Shown in pieces: positions 53,372 to 62,241 of a stretch of DNA of 64,000 nt; the first letter of the stretch is position 1, and every line of letters starts with the position of its first letter. The notes beneath the pieces were generated by a model. The model did not search any database. It saw nothing but the letters and a program-made list of their open reading frames with translations, and was not told where the DNA came from. This stretch comes from a virus. Lineage: Duplodnaviria > Caudoviricetes. The position numbers and the translations under genes were made by a program. Location of the stretch: positions 4,965 to 68,964 of the IMG/VR virus record IMGVR_UViG_3300012808_000024. One strand, given 5' to 3'.

Positions 53372-54341
53372 GTCGATATGCCTCCAACGATATATTTATA
53401 GTTGATAAAGCTCGACGTCGGTTTACCATCTCCGCAACCTGATCGACGCTGCCCTCGGTTGCTGTTTCGTTTACGTCCTTGTATCGACTCGGCACTGCGG
53501 CCACCGATACCTTTACGGCTCCTAGCATCGCCCCGATTACTGCCCGCTGCCACTTCCGCCCGGCCGCATCGTTATCTCGGACAACGACCAGCTCCTCGAT
53601 AGGACTCCGCTTAATCAAATCCGCTTTGTATTCGTTGAACGCAGACCCGAGCGTAGCAATCGCTGGAAAGCCCGCTGCCGCTAACGTCATTGCGTCAATC
53701 TCCGCCTCAACTATCGCTACTATACGACACTGCTTGCGGTAGATTACGTCAAGTCCAAATAGTAATTCGCGAATAGGTCGGCCGCCCTGTGCGTACCAAA
53801 ACAATTTTGTATCCGTCCGCCGGTACTTAACGTTCGCCAGCGTGCCGTCTGAGTTATATAGCGGAATGGTCACGGCCCTGCTTCCGGCATCATATCCGAT
53901 CCCATAGAGCCGCTGCACTGCTTCGGGTATACTCCGTCTGCCTAAGTACGGCGAGCGGTATTTATACGCATCAAGCAGGCTGCTGTCAAGTGGCCGGTAC
54001 ATTTCGGGTAACTCAAGCCTCGGGACGCGGAGCGGTCTTTCTTCGGCCTCGTCCGCTTCGTCTCCGTACTTGAGTCGGAGATAAGCGGCCGCCTCGTCGT
54101 ATCCGATCCCGTTAAGCCTGGCGATCAGCTCCGTAAAGCTGCCGCGCTCGCCCGTCCCTCTGTCGCCCCAATAACCAGCCCGCGCCGTCGCCGTATCCTC
54201 AAAATATACGTAAAAAGACGGGTGACTGTCGGTGTGCTGCCCGCGGATTTCAGGCGGAGAGCAAGCGAGGAGGTACGAGTCCGCCCAGGTTGCGCGATCC
54301 CACCGGTAGGCTTCGAGTTCGGTGCGGTAGTCAATGTTCAA
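53334..54341 (-). CDS. TOPRIM-domain DNA primase
   Basis: HPSF, GSF..L, IPLY..NVKYR, IVEAEIDAMT, VRDND.AG, KDVNE. Confidence 0.9.
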   Translation of the reverse strand: MNIDYRTELEAYRWDRATWADSYLLACSPPEIRGQHTDSHPSFYVYFEDTATARAGYWGDRGTGERGSFTELIARLNGIGYDEAAAYLRLKYGDEADEAEERPLRVPRLELPEMYRPLDSSLLDAYKYRSPYLGRRSIPEAVQRLYGIGYDAGSRAVTIPLYNSDGTLANVKYRRTDTKLFWYAQGGRPIRELLFGLDVIYRKQCRIVAIVEAEIDAMTLAAAGFPAIATLGSAFNEYKADLIKRSPIEELVVVRDNDAAGRKWQRAVIGAMLGAVKVSVAAVPSRYKDVNETATEGSVDQVAEMVNRRRALSTINISLEAYRRGLSTVYGVVSN

Positions 54342-54631
54342 TCAGCGTCACCGTCCTCTTTTTTCCGTTTCAGAATACTTAGGCCCCGATCATAGTGGTC
54401 TTCACTAGTCATCTCGGCATTAACATAGTTAAGTTCTTCTTCTAAATCGGTCAATGCGGCCAGTAAGAGTCTAGAGACAAGTTCCTGCTTACTCAACTGT
54501 AAATCACCGGCCGCCTGCTCGATCCGCAAATTGTCCTTCTCGGTCAGTGTAAGGGAAAATCTTGTAGTCTTCACTCCTCCTGCGCGATAAACCTCCGCTA
54601 GTTCTCTCACTACGTTTTTTATCTCACTCAC
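54338..54631 (-). CDS. Ribbon-helix-helix-like protein
   Basis: TTRFSLTL...NLRIEQAA..L.LSKQELVSRLL..AL.DLE. Confidence 0.55.
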   Translation of the reverse strand: MSEIKNVVRELAEVYRAGGVKTTRFSLTLTEKDNLRIEQAAGDLQLSKQELVSRLLLAALTDLEEELNYVNAEMTSEDHYDRGLSILKRKKEDGDAD

Positions 54632-54709
54632 TGTAACCACTCCCGTATTTTTATGAGTGAATTATATCATCAATTTTTACGCAATGTAAAGAGCAATATC
54701 GCACTCTTT

Positions 54710-56053
54710 CTAAAAATTCCCGACAAACTGTTCCGCAGCGGCCTGCGCTTCTGGTAACTCGCAGAGTACTCCGTAATCCATCAATGCGATTAGGTCGATC
54801 GTAAACCCCTCGCCGCCGTTCCGCCCCTTCTCCACGCCGAGCCGCCCGTTGCCGTTCACGGAATCGATCGAGAATAGGTTCGTCGTAATCTCCAGCAGCG
54901 CCTTAGTCGTCTTCAACCGGTCGCGGCCTGGTAAACGGAGTTCCCGCTGCCCTTCATCATCTTCCTCGGTTCTCTCCGTATGCGCTTGAACCGTATAAAT
55001 TCCGACAACATCATGTTCGCCAATGATCCGCTCGAGCCGCCGCGCAGCCTGTTCCGCAGCTCCGCCCGTCGTCTTATTAGCGTTACGGCCATATACGTCT
55101 TCCAAGTTGTAAAACGCATCGATTACGACGACATCGACCTTCTCCGTAAGCAACTCCCGCTCCAAGTCGTCGAGCGACCGTGTAAGCCCCGAATCAGATT
55201 TCGCTTGCAGGAACAGTTTGCCGGGATAGTACGAATCCAGTGCCGCCAGAACATCGTAAAAATACGCCTCAACGTCGCCGTCTAACTTACCGGACAGTAT
55301 CGCCTTATTCGGCAGCCCTAGCTTTACCGCCATCTCATTGGAGGTCAACGCGCCCTCTACCGCCGTTATGATCGACAGCAGCCGCGATACCCAAGGATAC
55401 GACTTAACCTCGTAAGACTTAACGAGGACGCGCGCGCCTTGCCGAAGCAGGCAATCGATAAGCACCGCAGACAGATACGTCTTACCGCGGCCGGACTCCG
55501 CCATGATGCCGTAAACATCACCAGAGTATAAACCGCCGATCTGTTCGTTAAGCGCCCGGAAAGGCGTCTGCCACAACCGGAAGGACTTTCCCTCCTTGCG
55601 CTTCTCATACTCGGCCTTGAACTCGGCGCTAATTTCAGTCAGCGTCTTGCCAATTTTTTTACGAACGCTTGTTCCTATTTTAATCGAAGTCAACCGGTCC
55701 TGCAACGTCGAAATTAACGTTTCGGTATCCATCGACGAAAACATGCCGCCAAGTTCCTTTTCGACGAGCTGAACGAATTGTTTTCGGCCGTGTTCGTCCT
55801 TGATTTTGCGGGCTAGGAACGTAAACTCGTCCGTCACTTCCGGGATGTACATTACGTCCGGGTTCTCGGCCGAGAACGTTGCATAAGATGGCGGTCGGCC
55901 TCCGTTTGCTGCCGCATGAGATAGGACGTATTCCGCCGCTTTCCGCTCGGCCGCCGTGCCGAAATGCTCCGGTGTAATTCCGAATCGGGTAAATGCAGAT
56001 ACGTCGCCACTGTCGATGACTTTGCTTAAAAAATTCTGTCCGTAAATGGACAT
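54710..56053 (-). CDS. DnaB-like replicative helicase
   Basis: AESGRGKT Walker A, VVVIDAFY Walker B, VEKGRNG; GGAGGTGA RBS before ATG 56053. Confidence 0.9.
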   Translation of the reverse strand: MSIYGQNFLSKVIDSGDVSAFTRFGITPEHFGTAAERKAAEYVLSHAAANGGRPPSYATFSAENPDVMYIPEVTDEFTFLARKIKDEHGRKQFVQLVEKELGGMFSSMDTETLISTLQDRLTSIKIGTSVRKKIGKTLTEISAEFKAEYEKRKEGKSFRLWQTPFRALNEQIGGLYSGDVYGIMAESGRGKTYLSAVLIDCLLRQGARVLVKSYEVKSYPWVSRLLSIITAVEGALTSNEMAVKLGLPNKAILSGKLDGDVEAYFYDVLAALDSYYPGKLFLQAKSDSGLTRSLDDLERELLTEKVDVVVIDAFYNLEDVYGRNANKTTGGAAEQAARRLERIIGEHDVVGIYTVQAHTERTEEDDEGQRELRLPGRDRLKTTKALLEITTNLFSIDSVNGNGRLGVEKGRNGGEGFTIDLIALMDYGVLCELPEAQAAAEQFVGNF

Positions 56054-56074
56054 CGTTACGCTCACCTCCGTATT

Positions 56075-56191
56075 GTAAGACAAGGAATAGATTTCCGTAA
56101 AATGCCGTATTCCGCCGTTTTATTAAAATCTCCCTATTTTACGCCGTTTTTTGTAGATTCCGATAGAGCACGATAAAGCGGGTTATCCACA
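56075..56191 (-). promoter_or_regulatory. Helicase operon promoter (TTTACG-18-TACAAT) with a perfect DnaA box upstream
   Basis: TTATCCACA at 56183-56191 (+); repeated GTTTTT(T)GTAGA and CGCCGTTTT. Confidence 0.5.
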
Positions 56192-56305
56192 AATTTAGTT
56201 TTTGTAGAGTACGGTAGGCTCGTTTAGAAATATATCTGTGAATATTTCCAACTCCGTAAATCTCCCGAACACTCCCGTTATCGCAGTTTTACGAAATCCG
56301 AAAAA

Positions 56306-57082
56306 TTACCTCATCCCCCGTTTGCTCTCGCCTCCAAACGTAACCTCGACGCAAAGGTCCCGAATCCGATCCGCCAGCCGCTGATCATACACCCGCGCCA
56401 GCTCCGCCAGTGGAATATTACTCGTATATACCGTTGGAAGCCCTGCCGCCACTCGCGCGTTAATCAGCGCATGAAGGTCGCCCCGGAATCCCTCCGTACA
56501 GTCCCGCACGCCTACATCGTCCATTACGAGATATGGCGAAGCCCTCGCGTATTGCTCCCGTCGGTAATATTCGCGGCTGTGAGGCTCCGCTATATCCGCC
56601 GGAATGCCAGGCCTTGTGAACCCGTTATATAACGTCTGCCACTCGTTAACGTCGAGGAAATATCCGGGCCGATCCGCAGGCTGCCGTCCACGTCGCAGGC
56701 TGCCGACAAAGTGAACCGTAATCCACTCCGTCAAAACTGCGGCAGCCGTTGTCGTCTTTCCTGTGCCAGGCGCGCGACTGAACAGGTATAGCGACTTAAT
56801 CGGAACGTCCGCTTTTTCTACGTCGCCAAACTGCCGCGTAAAAGTCCGCGAATATTGCGTTACAAGTTCGTAAGCTTCCGCTTGGCCTGCGCGGGCTGGA
56901 CTGTTTTCAAGCGTCACATTACGGTAAGCAGCCGGGAGGTTGCTGCTCCCGATCCGCCCGCCTGCGCCGTCGTGTCCGTGCATTGCGACGTAGGAACCGC
57001 ACATAGCGGAGCATTTCGGCCCGTCCCGCAGCGTACAGAGCCGAGCCAACGTACATTTAACGGAATGGCTCATAGTGGTCAA
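56306..57082 (-). CDS. DnaC/IstB-like AAA+ helicase loader
   Basis: APGTGKTT, LVMDDVG, TVYTSN, LADRI. Confidence 0.9.
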   Translation of the reverse strand: MTTMSHSVKCTLARLCTLRDGPKCSAMCGSYVAMHGHDGAGGRIGSSNLPAAYRNVTLENSPARAGQAEAYELVTQYSRTFTRQFGDVEKADVPIKSLYLFSRAPGTGKTTTAAAVLTEWITVHFVGSLRRGRQPADRPGYFLDVNEWQTLYNGFTRPGIPADIAEPHSREYYRREQYARASPYLVMDDVGVRDCTEGFRGDLHALINARVAAGLPTVYTSNIPLAELARVYDQRLADRIRDLCVEVTFGGESKRGMR

Positions 57083-57795
57083 TGTACCACCGCCTCTCCT
57101 CCGTCTGTTTGTAGCTTACGGAATAGAAAGTCAAGTCCTTTTGGCGTTACGCGCGTTGTCGGGTATACGCTGCCTGCCCTACACGCTTCCACCACCTCGA
57201 AATATCCAGCGTCAATGTACTGCTGATACGGCGTGTTCTCTTGCGTAAGCACTCGCATTTGACGCAACTCCGAGAACATTTTGTTTCTGCCGTAACCGAG
57301 CGCCTTGGCCGCCTGACCCATCGACTGCGTACCGTCCGCATCAATCAACGTATCATACGCGGCTACTTTCGGGGCCTGCTCGGTCAGCTTCGCCTCGGCA
57401 GCGAGCCTGGCGTTCCGTTCGTCGCGGAGACGCGTTACCGTCTTGAGCAATAGATCAGGATCGTCGAGCAGCGTGTCAGTGGCGTACATACCTGTTTTAC
57501 GGATGGTCGGCAGGACTTCCGCCGTGACCCACCGCTTGAATTTGCGAGCCTCCGGTTTACGACTGCCGAGAATGAGCGTATAGAGACCGGATTCATTTAT
57601 TACCACAGTATCGGAAGAATAGGAAGAACCAGTGTGCGTTAAATGCACGGTGGTTTTGTCCTCACCGTCAACCCTACGTACTACTGTCCTGTCTACTCCG
57701 ATGACCTCACAAACATCCTTCGCCACAAACCACGGCTCTCCTTCGACAGTCACCGTGCGGACTTCCTTGCCTTCGTAATTAAATAGTTGGTTCAT
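57079..57795 (-). CDS. BRO-N + ANT/KilAC antirepressor
   Basis: PWFVAKDVC, INESGLY.LI..SRKP.A..FKRWVT.EVLP.IRKTG, PKV..YD, T.VTPKG. Confidence 0.93.
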   Translation of the reverse strand: MNQLFNYEGKEVRTVTVEGEPWFVAKDVCEVIGVDRTVVRRVDGEDKTTVHLTHTGSSYSSDTVVINESGLYTLILGSRKPEARKFKRWVTAEVLPTIRKTGMYATDTLLDDPDLLLKTVTRLRDERNARLAAEAKLTEQAPKVAAYDTLIDADGTQSMGQAAKALGYGRNKMFSELRQMRVLTQENTPYQQYIDAGYFEVVEACRAGSVYPTTRVTPKGLDFLFRKLQTDGGEAVVH

Positions 57796-57864
57796 ATTTT
57801 CCTCCTTTTAGTTTTCTCGTAGTTATTATAATTCGCGACCTCTATTTTCGTTAAGCTCTACTCA

Positions 57865-58026
57865 TTACACGTATCTCGTCACCCTCCGTTTCATTTCGTC
57901 AGTTCTTCGTAAATACATCCGTAACCACATCCGCCGGAGCCGGTCGTTCCCCGCCTCTCGCGCCATGTCCGCCAAGTCGAGCAGCATGTTTGTCGGACGG
58001 CCTGCGTAATCAATAGCCAGTTTCAT
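57865..58026 (-). CDS. Small protein MKLAIDYAGRP...VTRYV (53 aa, not in track)
   Basis: AAAGGAG RBS. Confidence 0.5.
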   Translation of the reverse strand: MKLAIDYAGRPTNMLLDLADMAREAGNDRLRRMWLRMYLRRTDEMKRRVTRYV

Positions 58027-58201
58027 GCGCCCACTCTCCTTTAGCTTCCGAATCAGTTACGGCAAAACTCCGACAGCTTACCGCACGCTGTCCAAGTTTC
58101 GTTATCGGCTCGATTTCAGCCGCCGTTATCCGCCTGCCATTATTGCTTACGATAACCCCGCCGCTATCCGCCAGGCGGTGCAGCGCAGCCGTCAGTCCCA
58201 T
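58010..58201 (-). CDS. Hypothetical protein
   Basis: Fills gap; overlaps next gene. Confidence 0.45.
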   Translation of the reverse strand: MGLTAALHRLADSGGVIVSNNGRRITAAEIEPITKLGQRAVSCRSFAVTDSEAKGEWAHETGY

Positions 58202-58215
58202 TCGTCTCGTCCGCC

Positions 58216-58626
58216 TTAAAGCCACGCCTTCACCGCCTCGTAATCAGTCTCGGACACTGCTTCCGTCGCCTGCTTCGCAATCAGCCGCGGCAGGATCGTG
58301 TTAATCCGGTAGGCGACCGCAAAGCCAGCCGTAAGCATAGGGTACTCGCTCGACGGCCGATAAGTACGGAAGCATTCGTCGAAGGCCGCCCGCAGCAATT
58401 CCGGCCCATGCGCGTCCAATGCCCGCTTGATTACGCCCTGCTCAAACCGCCAATTCCGCATTGGCATATATTCGGCTATGCCGAAGTACTCTTCGTTCAT
58501 CGACCGGAAGTACTCCGTAAACGTGAGCGTATTCCAATCGGAAGTAGGCAAAGCCTTCCAATCGCGGCGGCGTTCGGCTGTGATTCGGGGCTTGGCGGAT
58601 TTTTTACGAGATTGCTTCGTCACCAC
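58216..58626 (-). CDS. Conserved replication-module protein
   Basis: WNT.TF..YF.....E.FG..Y.P; GGAGGTGA RBS; upstream of loader. Confidence 0.7.
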   Translation of the reverse strand: MVTKQSRKKSAKPRITAERRRDWKALPTSDWNTLTFTEYFRSMNEEYFGIAEYMPMRNWRFEQGVIKRALDAHGPELLRAAFDECFRTYRPSSEYPMLTAGFAVAYRINTILPRLIAKQATEAVSETDYEAVKAWL

Positions 58627-58937
58627 TCACAATCACCTCCTGTTTGCGGAATCATGCTGTAAATACGATAACCTGAATAACTGCCGTACTCTCTTACGTA
58701 AGTCAAGCAGTATGCCGTCCCTTCTACGGCAAGCCTATTTAAGCGGGAGTTAATGAATAGTTTGACTTCGTCCCCTGCATCTGTCTTTAATACCGCAATC
58801 TCAGCATTGTTCCCCATTGGTTCAGAGCGAACGTACTCCGCTTTAAGTTCACGGTGTTCCGTGACACAACCAGTCAGAGTCGCAGCGACCAGCGATAAAA
58901 GTACCGCCTGTTTGATTTTACGGTGTGGCTTCGTCAC
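58620..58937 (-). CDS. Putative lipoprotein
   Basis: Basic N-terminus, hydrophobic core, LTGC lipobox. Confidence 0.65.
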   Translation of the reverse strand: MTKPHRKIKQAVLLSLVAATLTGCVTEHRELKAEYVRSEPMGNNAEIAVLKTDAGDEVKLFINSRLNRLAVEGTAYCLTYVREYGSYSGYRIYSMIPQTGGDCEW

Positions 58938-59328
58938 GGACACTTCTCTCCTTTCCGTTAACATACCGCGAGTGTGCGTCTTTCGCGTACTTGGTTCCAG
59001 AAATCGGTGCGCCGACCCGTAAACACTCCTCAACAAACTCGGGGTCGCGATCGTCAAACGGAACCCCTGTCTTAAACAAGCGCCAATGTACTAATTCGTG
59101 CAACAATACTCCGAGAACTTCTTCCCGGCTTCGTCCGGCATTTCTTGGCGCGCTGAACTCGATCCAGTTATCGCCTCCTCTACGCTTAAACACGCCGTTC
59201 CAATACTTCCACCGCCGTTTAATAACGTTGATCCTCCCCGTAAAGTCTACGCCCCAATGTTTACGGCACATTTCATTAGCTGCCGCGTATAGTTCTTCAA
59301 GCGTAAGGTTTCCGTCAGTCTTCGTCAC
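58918..59328 (-). CDS. SprT-like zinc metallopeptidase domain protein
   Basis: VLLHELVH HExxH; G.F; IEFS. Confidence 0.75.
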   Translation of the reverse strand: MTKTDGNLTLEELYAAANEMCRKHWGVDFTGRINVIKRRWKYWNGVFKRRGGDNWIEFSAPRNAGRSREEVLGVLLHELVHWRLFKTGVPFDDRDPEFVEECLRVGAPISGTKYAKDAHSRYVNGKERSVRDEATP

Positions 59329-59693
59329 TCTGCGTCGCCTCCTTCGTCATAGATATTACCGTCCCATTCCGAGAATTTACGCCACGCCTTCGCCTCTGTA
59401 GCGCGGGCTTCTGCGTCTCTCTTAGCGGCAATTTCTCGTTCACCTAGCTTTGTGACGTATCGCTTAATCGCCGTTATTGCGGAATTTCTTACGTCGTTTT
59501 CGTTAGTCGGGAATGCCGCTATCCCTGCGCTATACACGCGCTTGAACGGAAATAGCCGCGACCACGCTCCAGACCTTTGAACGTAAATCTTCACGCGATG
59601 GAATGGGCGTTCTGTTAAGTACTCCTCAAACTTTTTCACGCTGACACGGTACTGAATGCCGCGGTAAGTGACCGGAAATTTCGTCGCCTTCAT
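59325..59693 (-). CDS. Hypothetical protein
   Basis: GAGGAG RBS; coupled overlaps. Confidence 0.65.
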   Translation of the reverse strand: MKATKFPVTYRGIQYRVSVKKFEEYLTERPFHRVKIYVQRSGAWSRLFPFKRVYSAGIAAFPTNENDVRNSAITAIKRYVTKLGEREIAAKRDAEARATEAKAWRKFSEWDGNIYDEGGDAE

Positions 59694-60103
59694 TGACGCT
59701 CCTCCTCCTCCTCGCTCTTGCAAAATCCACACACCGCTATTCCGTCTTCCTCCGCCCAATGCTCTCCAAGCTTGTCGCCACACTCCGCGCATCGAAGGCG
59801 AGATATTAGCATTTGGAGCCGAACAATCTCGCCATGATGCACCTTAAATTCCGCTCTCCAGAATGATTCCTTGCCGATAAGCTCATGTGCTAGGTCCGCT
59901 TGCTGACGAAAACCGGTAACGGCAACGTCAAGCTGCATACTCAGTCGCTCAATTTCCGCGAGTGCCGCAGGCCATCCGGTACGGGCTTCGGCTATAAACA
60001 AAGCATCCTCCTCCCGCTCGAATCCGTCGGCAACCCAAGGCCCCGCCGTAGCCGCGTTACATATCGCCCGATCTGCCACAAAATCACGTTTAATTTCCGT
60101 CAT
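59690..60103 (-). CDS. Ead/Ea22-like module + Zn finger protein
   Basis: AATAGPW..DA.FIAEAR..WPA.LAEIERL; C-terminal CAEC..CGFC. Confidence 0.65.
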   Translation of the reverse strand: MTEIKRDFVADRAICNAATAGPWVADGFEREEDALFIAEARTGWPAALAEIERLSMQLDVAVTGFRQQADLAHELIGKESFWRAEFKVHHGEIVRLQMLISRLRCAECGDKLGEHWAEEDGIAVCGFCKSEEEEERQ

Positions 60104-60104
60104 A

Positions 60105-60467
60105 TTAATTAACGCCTCCCTCACGTAATAACTCGTCAAACTTCGGCCTTAATGCGTCAACAATTACCGTCCGCAGCCGAACCATCTCCGCGGTGTACTC
60201 CGATAGCAACGCCGCAAGGCTGCTTGCCGTAGTGCTACCGTTAACCTCTCTGAGTACGGCGATTTCGACGGCCGCGACCAGTCCGGTATGATTCAGCGGA
60301 TAATAGCCTGCGTCGCGTAATTCCTCGCGAATTTGCGGCGCTGGTGAGGACGGATCGGGCTTATATCCGGGAGCCTTCGTTGGGTCAACGATGTGCATCC
60401 GTTGAAGGATGAAATTGCGATCGTCGGCCGCTAGGTAATAGGATTTCGTAATTTGTACGGGATTCAC
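60105..60467 (-). CDS. Hypothetical protein
   Basis: I.IT..YYL.AD..NFIL pattern; coupled. Confidence 0.65.
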   Translation of the reverse strand: MNPVQITKSYYLAADDRNFILQRMHIVDPTKAPGYKPDPSSPAPQIREELRDAGYYPLNHTGLVAAVEIAVLREVNGSTTASSLAALLSEYTAEMVRLRTVIVDALRPKFDELLREGGVN

Positions 60468-61378
60468 AGGGCAGCACCTCCGTAAAGGGATTCGATAATG
60501 GTTTGGCGGACAACATCCGATACTGGCGACCCTGCTGCGTTTTTGTGCCCACCGCCGCCGTAAATCTGAGCGAATAATCCAACGTTAACCTTGCCGTCAG
60601 TCCGATAACTCACGGACTTTGCTGGATCAATCATCGCCACAAAATCGATGTCTGCCCGTTCCGTTACGATGTGATTGCCGAGTTCAGATTGATAGCGGTC
60701 TGCGAATACAATACCCACCGTATGCCCTCCGATGCTATGAGTGGTAAGTTGCCGCACCTTGCCCGTAATGTACGCATTGATCCGCTCGCGTTCAATTTCA
60801 AGCAGTAATCGCTCTGTGTGCGTGAGGGCTACGGAAGGGTCGACCGTAAAGCGTTCCACGAAGCGGTCGCGTCCGATAAGCCAAAACAGGTCGTTTAAGT
60901 CCTTCGCCGCCTGATCGCCCGTTTTCGCCCAGTACCATGTGTCATAAGAGCGGACAGCTTCTACGAATTCTCGGATGTTTCCGCCATCGACGTAATTCCA
61001 GCCGGCTAACCATCTGAAGAACAAGTCCGTACCCGACCGCTTGATGCCTTGAGACTCGACCACTACACCTGCCCACTGGTACTTATTCATCCACTCGGCA
61101 GTAGCGTGATGATCGAGCAAGCACCATATACGACTCATAGACGAAACGTCAGCATTGATGCGTTCGCCCACTTCTTCATTTACGCTAATGTCCGTAACGT
61201 AAATAACGTCGTACATACCTAGCGCTAATTGATCGTCAAGTAAGGCGGACACTTTTCCATTAACGTTGTGATAGTCGCAATAGGCGACATCGACGTTTTC
61301 TCCGAAAAAGTGATGAGCGACAACAGCGCAGCCTACTCCGTCAAGGTCAGTGTGCGTGAACAGTTTGATACGGGACAT
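60464..61378 (-). CDS. DHH/DHHA1 phosphoesterase (NrnB-like)
   Basis: HTDLDG, VTDIS, LDHH, SYR, GGGHKNAAG. Confidence 0.9.
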   Translation of the reverse strand: MSRIKLFTHTDLDGVGCAVVAHHFFGENVDVAYCDYHNVNGKVSALLDDQLALGMYDVIYVTDISVNEEVGERINADVSSMSRIWCLLDHHATAEWMNKYQWAGVVVESQGIKRSGTDLFFRWLAGWNYVDGGNIREFVEAVRSYDTWYWAKTGDQAAKDLNDLFWLIGRDRFVERFTVDPSVALTHTERLLLEIERERINAYITGKVRQLTTHSIGGHTVGIVFADRYQSELGNHIVTERADIDFVAMIDPAKSVSYRTDGKVNVGLFAQIYGGGGHKNAAGSPVSDVVRQTIIESLYGGAAL

Positions 61379-61491
61379 ACGTAATCATCTCCTCTAGTTA
61401 ATTAACGTAATGAAACGATGACAGCGTCAGGTACGAGTGTATTTCTTTACGCATCCTTTAGCGTAAGCAAGGTATTACGGATATTTAAAGT

Positions 61492-61630
61492 TGCCCGGAC
61501 AGCAGCACGGTTTTAGCTGCTGGGCGTAATGTTTTATGGATATAGTTATAAATGGCTCTTGTTGTAATGGCTCTTGTTAGTGTGACGTGAGCCGTGTGAC
61601 GTTTACGGTGTGACGTTCATATCACACGGT
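61492..61630. repeat. Iteron cluster / probable replication origin
   Basis: AATGGCTCTTGTT x2 (61551, 61566); GTGTGACGT x3 (61580, 61594, 61608) plus inverted TCACAC; AT-rich patch; CAGCAGC/GCTGCTG hairpin. Confidence 0.8.
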
Positions 61631-61651
61631 TATCTTCTACTCACCTCCCCG

Positions 61652-61987
61652 TTAGAATATCGATACGAGTACGTCAGTCTTTATGGTGTACACCACGTTT
61701 GCCCAACGCTGTTCTTCGCTTCTCCGCTGCTTCTCCGCAGTAACAAGCGGCTCGCCCTGCCACCGATATGCCAGCAACGCTTTAACCCGCCTGTTTGCCG
61801 TCTCTCGGGCTACGGAAAGTCCTTCGGCTATCTGCCACTGATTCGGCCAACAGCGCCCGTCAGCGTCCATATACGAAGCGAGAACGAGCAACGTCTGTAG
61901 CCGCTCTGCCCCGAGGTCAGCAACGAGGCCGGATCGGACGGCGTCCGTAAAGAAACGAAGGTAGATGCGGTTGTTCGGACGATCCGT
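61652..61987 (-). CDS. HTH replication initiator-like protein; probable ACG start
   Basis: RIYLRFFTDAVRSGLVADLGAERLQTLLVLASYMD..G.CWP.Q.QIA..L.V.RETANRR; GGAGG 9 nt before ACG; in-frame TAA just upstream. Confidence 0.8.
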   Translation of the reverse strand, partial: TDRPNNRIYLRFFTDAVRSGLVADLGAERLQTLLVLASYMDADGRCWPNQWQIAEGLSVARETANRRVKALLAYRWQGEPLVTAEKQRRSEEQRWANVVYTIKTDVLVSIF

Positions 61988-62019
61988 TGTATCCGACCTC
62001 CTTTCGTTGGTTTAGTGTG

Positions 62020-62054
62020 TTATTCGTGCTTAATCAATGACTTCGCACACTTTT
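62020..62054 (-). promoter_or_regulatory. Candidate phage-sigma promoter AAAAGTGTGCGAAG-N12-CACGAATAA
   Basis: Same as 51150-51184; heads the replication operon. Confidence 0.7.
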
Positions 62055-62241
62055 ACGGAAATTTCTTTAGAATCAACGGGAAATTAGCGGTCGGAGCCTT
62101 GTTGTGGCGGGATGTACCGGAGAGGTGCTAGGACGGCTAAAATGCCGATGCTGGACGGGTTAAAATTAAGAATCCGATATAACACGTATAGTAGGAGCTG
62201 GCGAATAGTGGTAAAATGGATTTATCATAGATTACGGAGGT

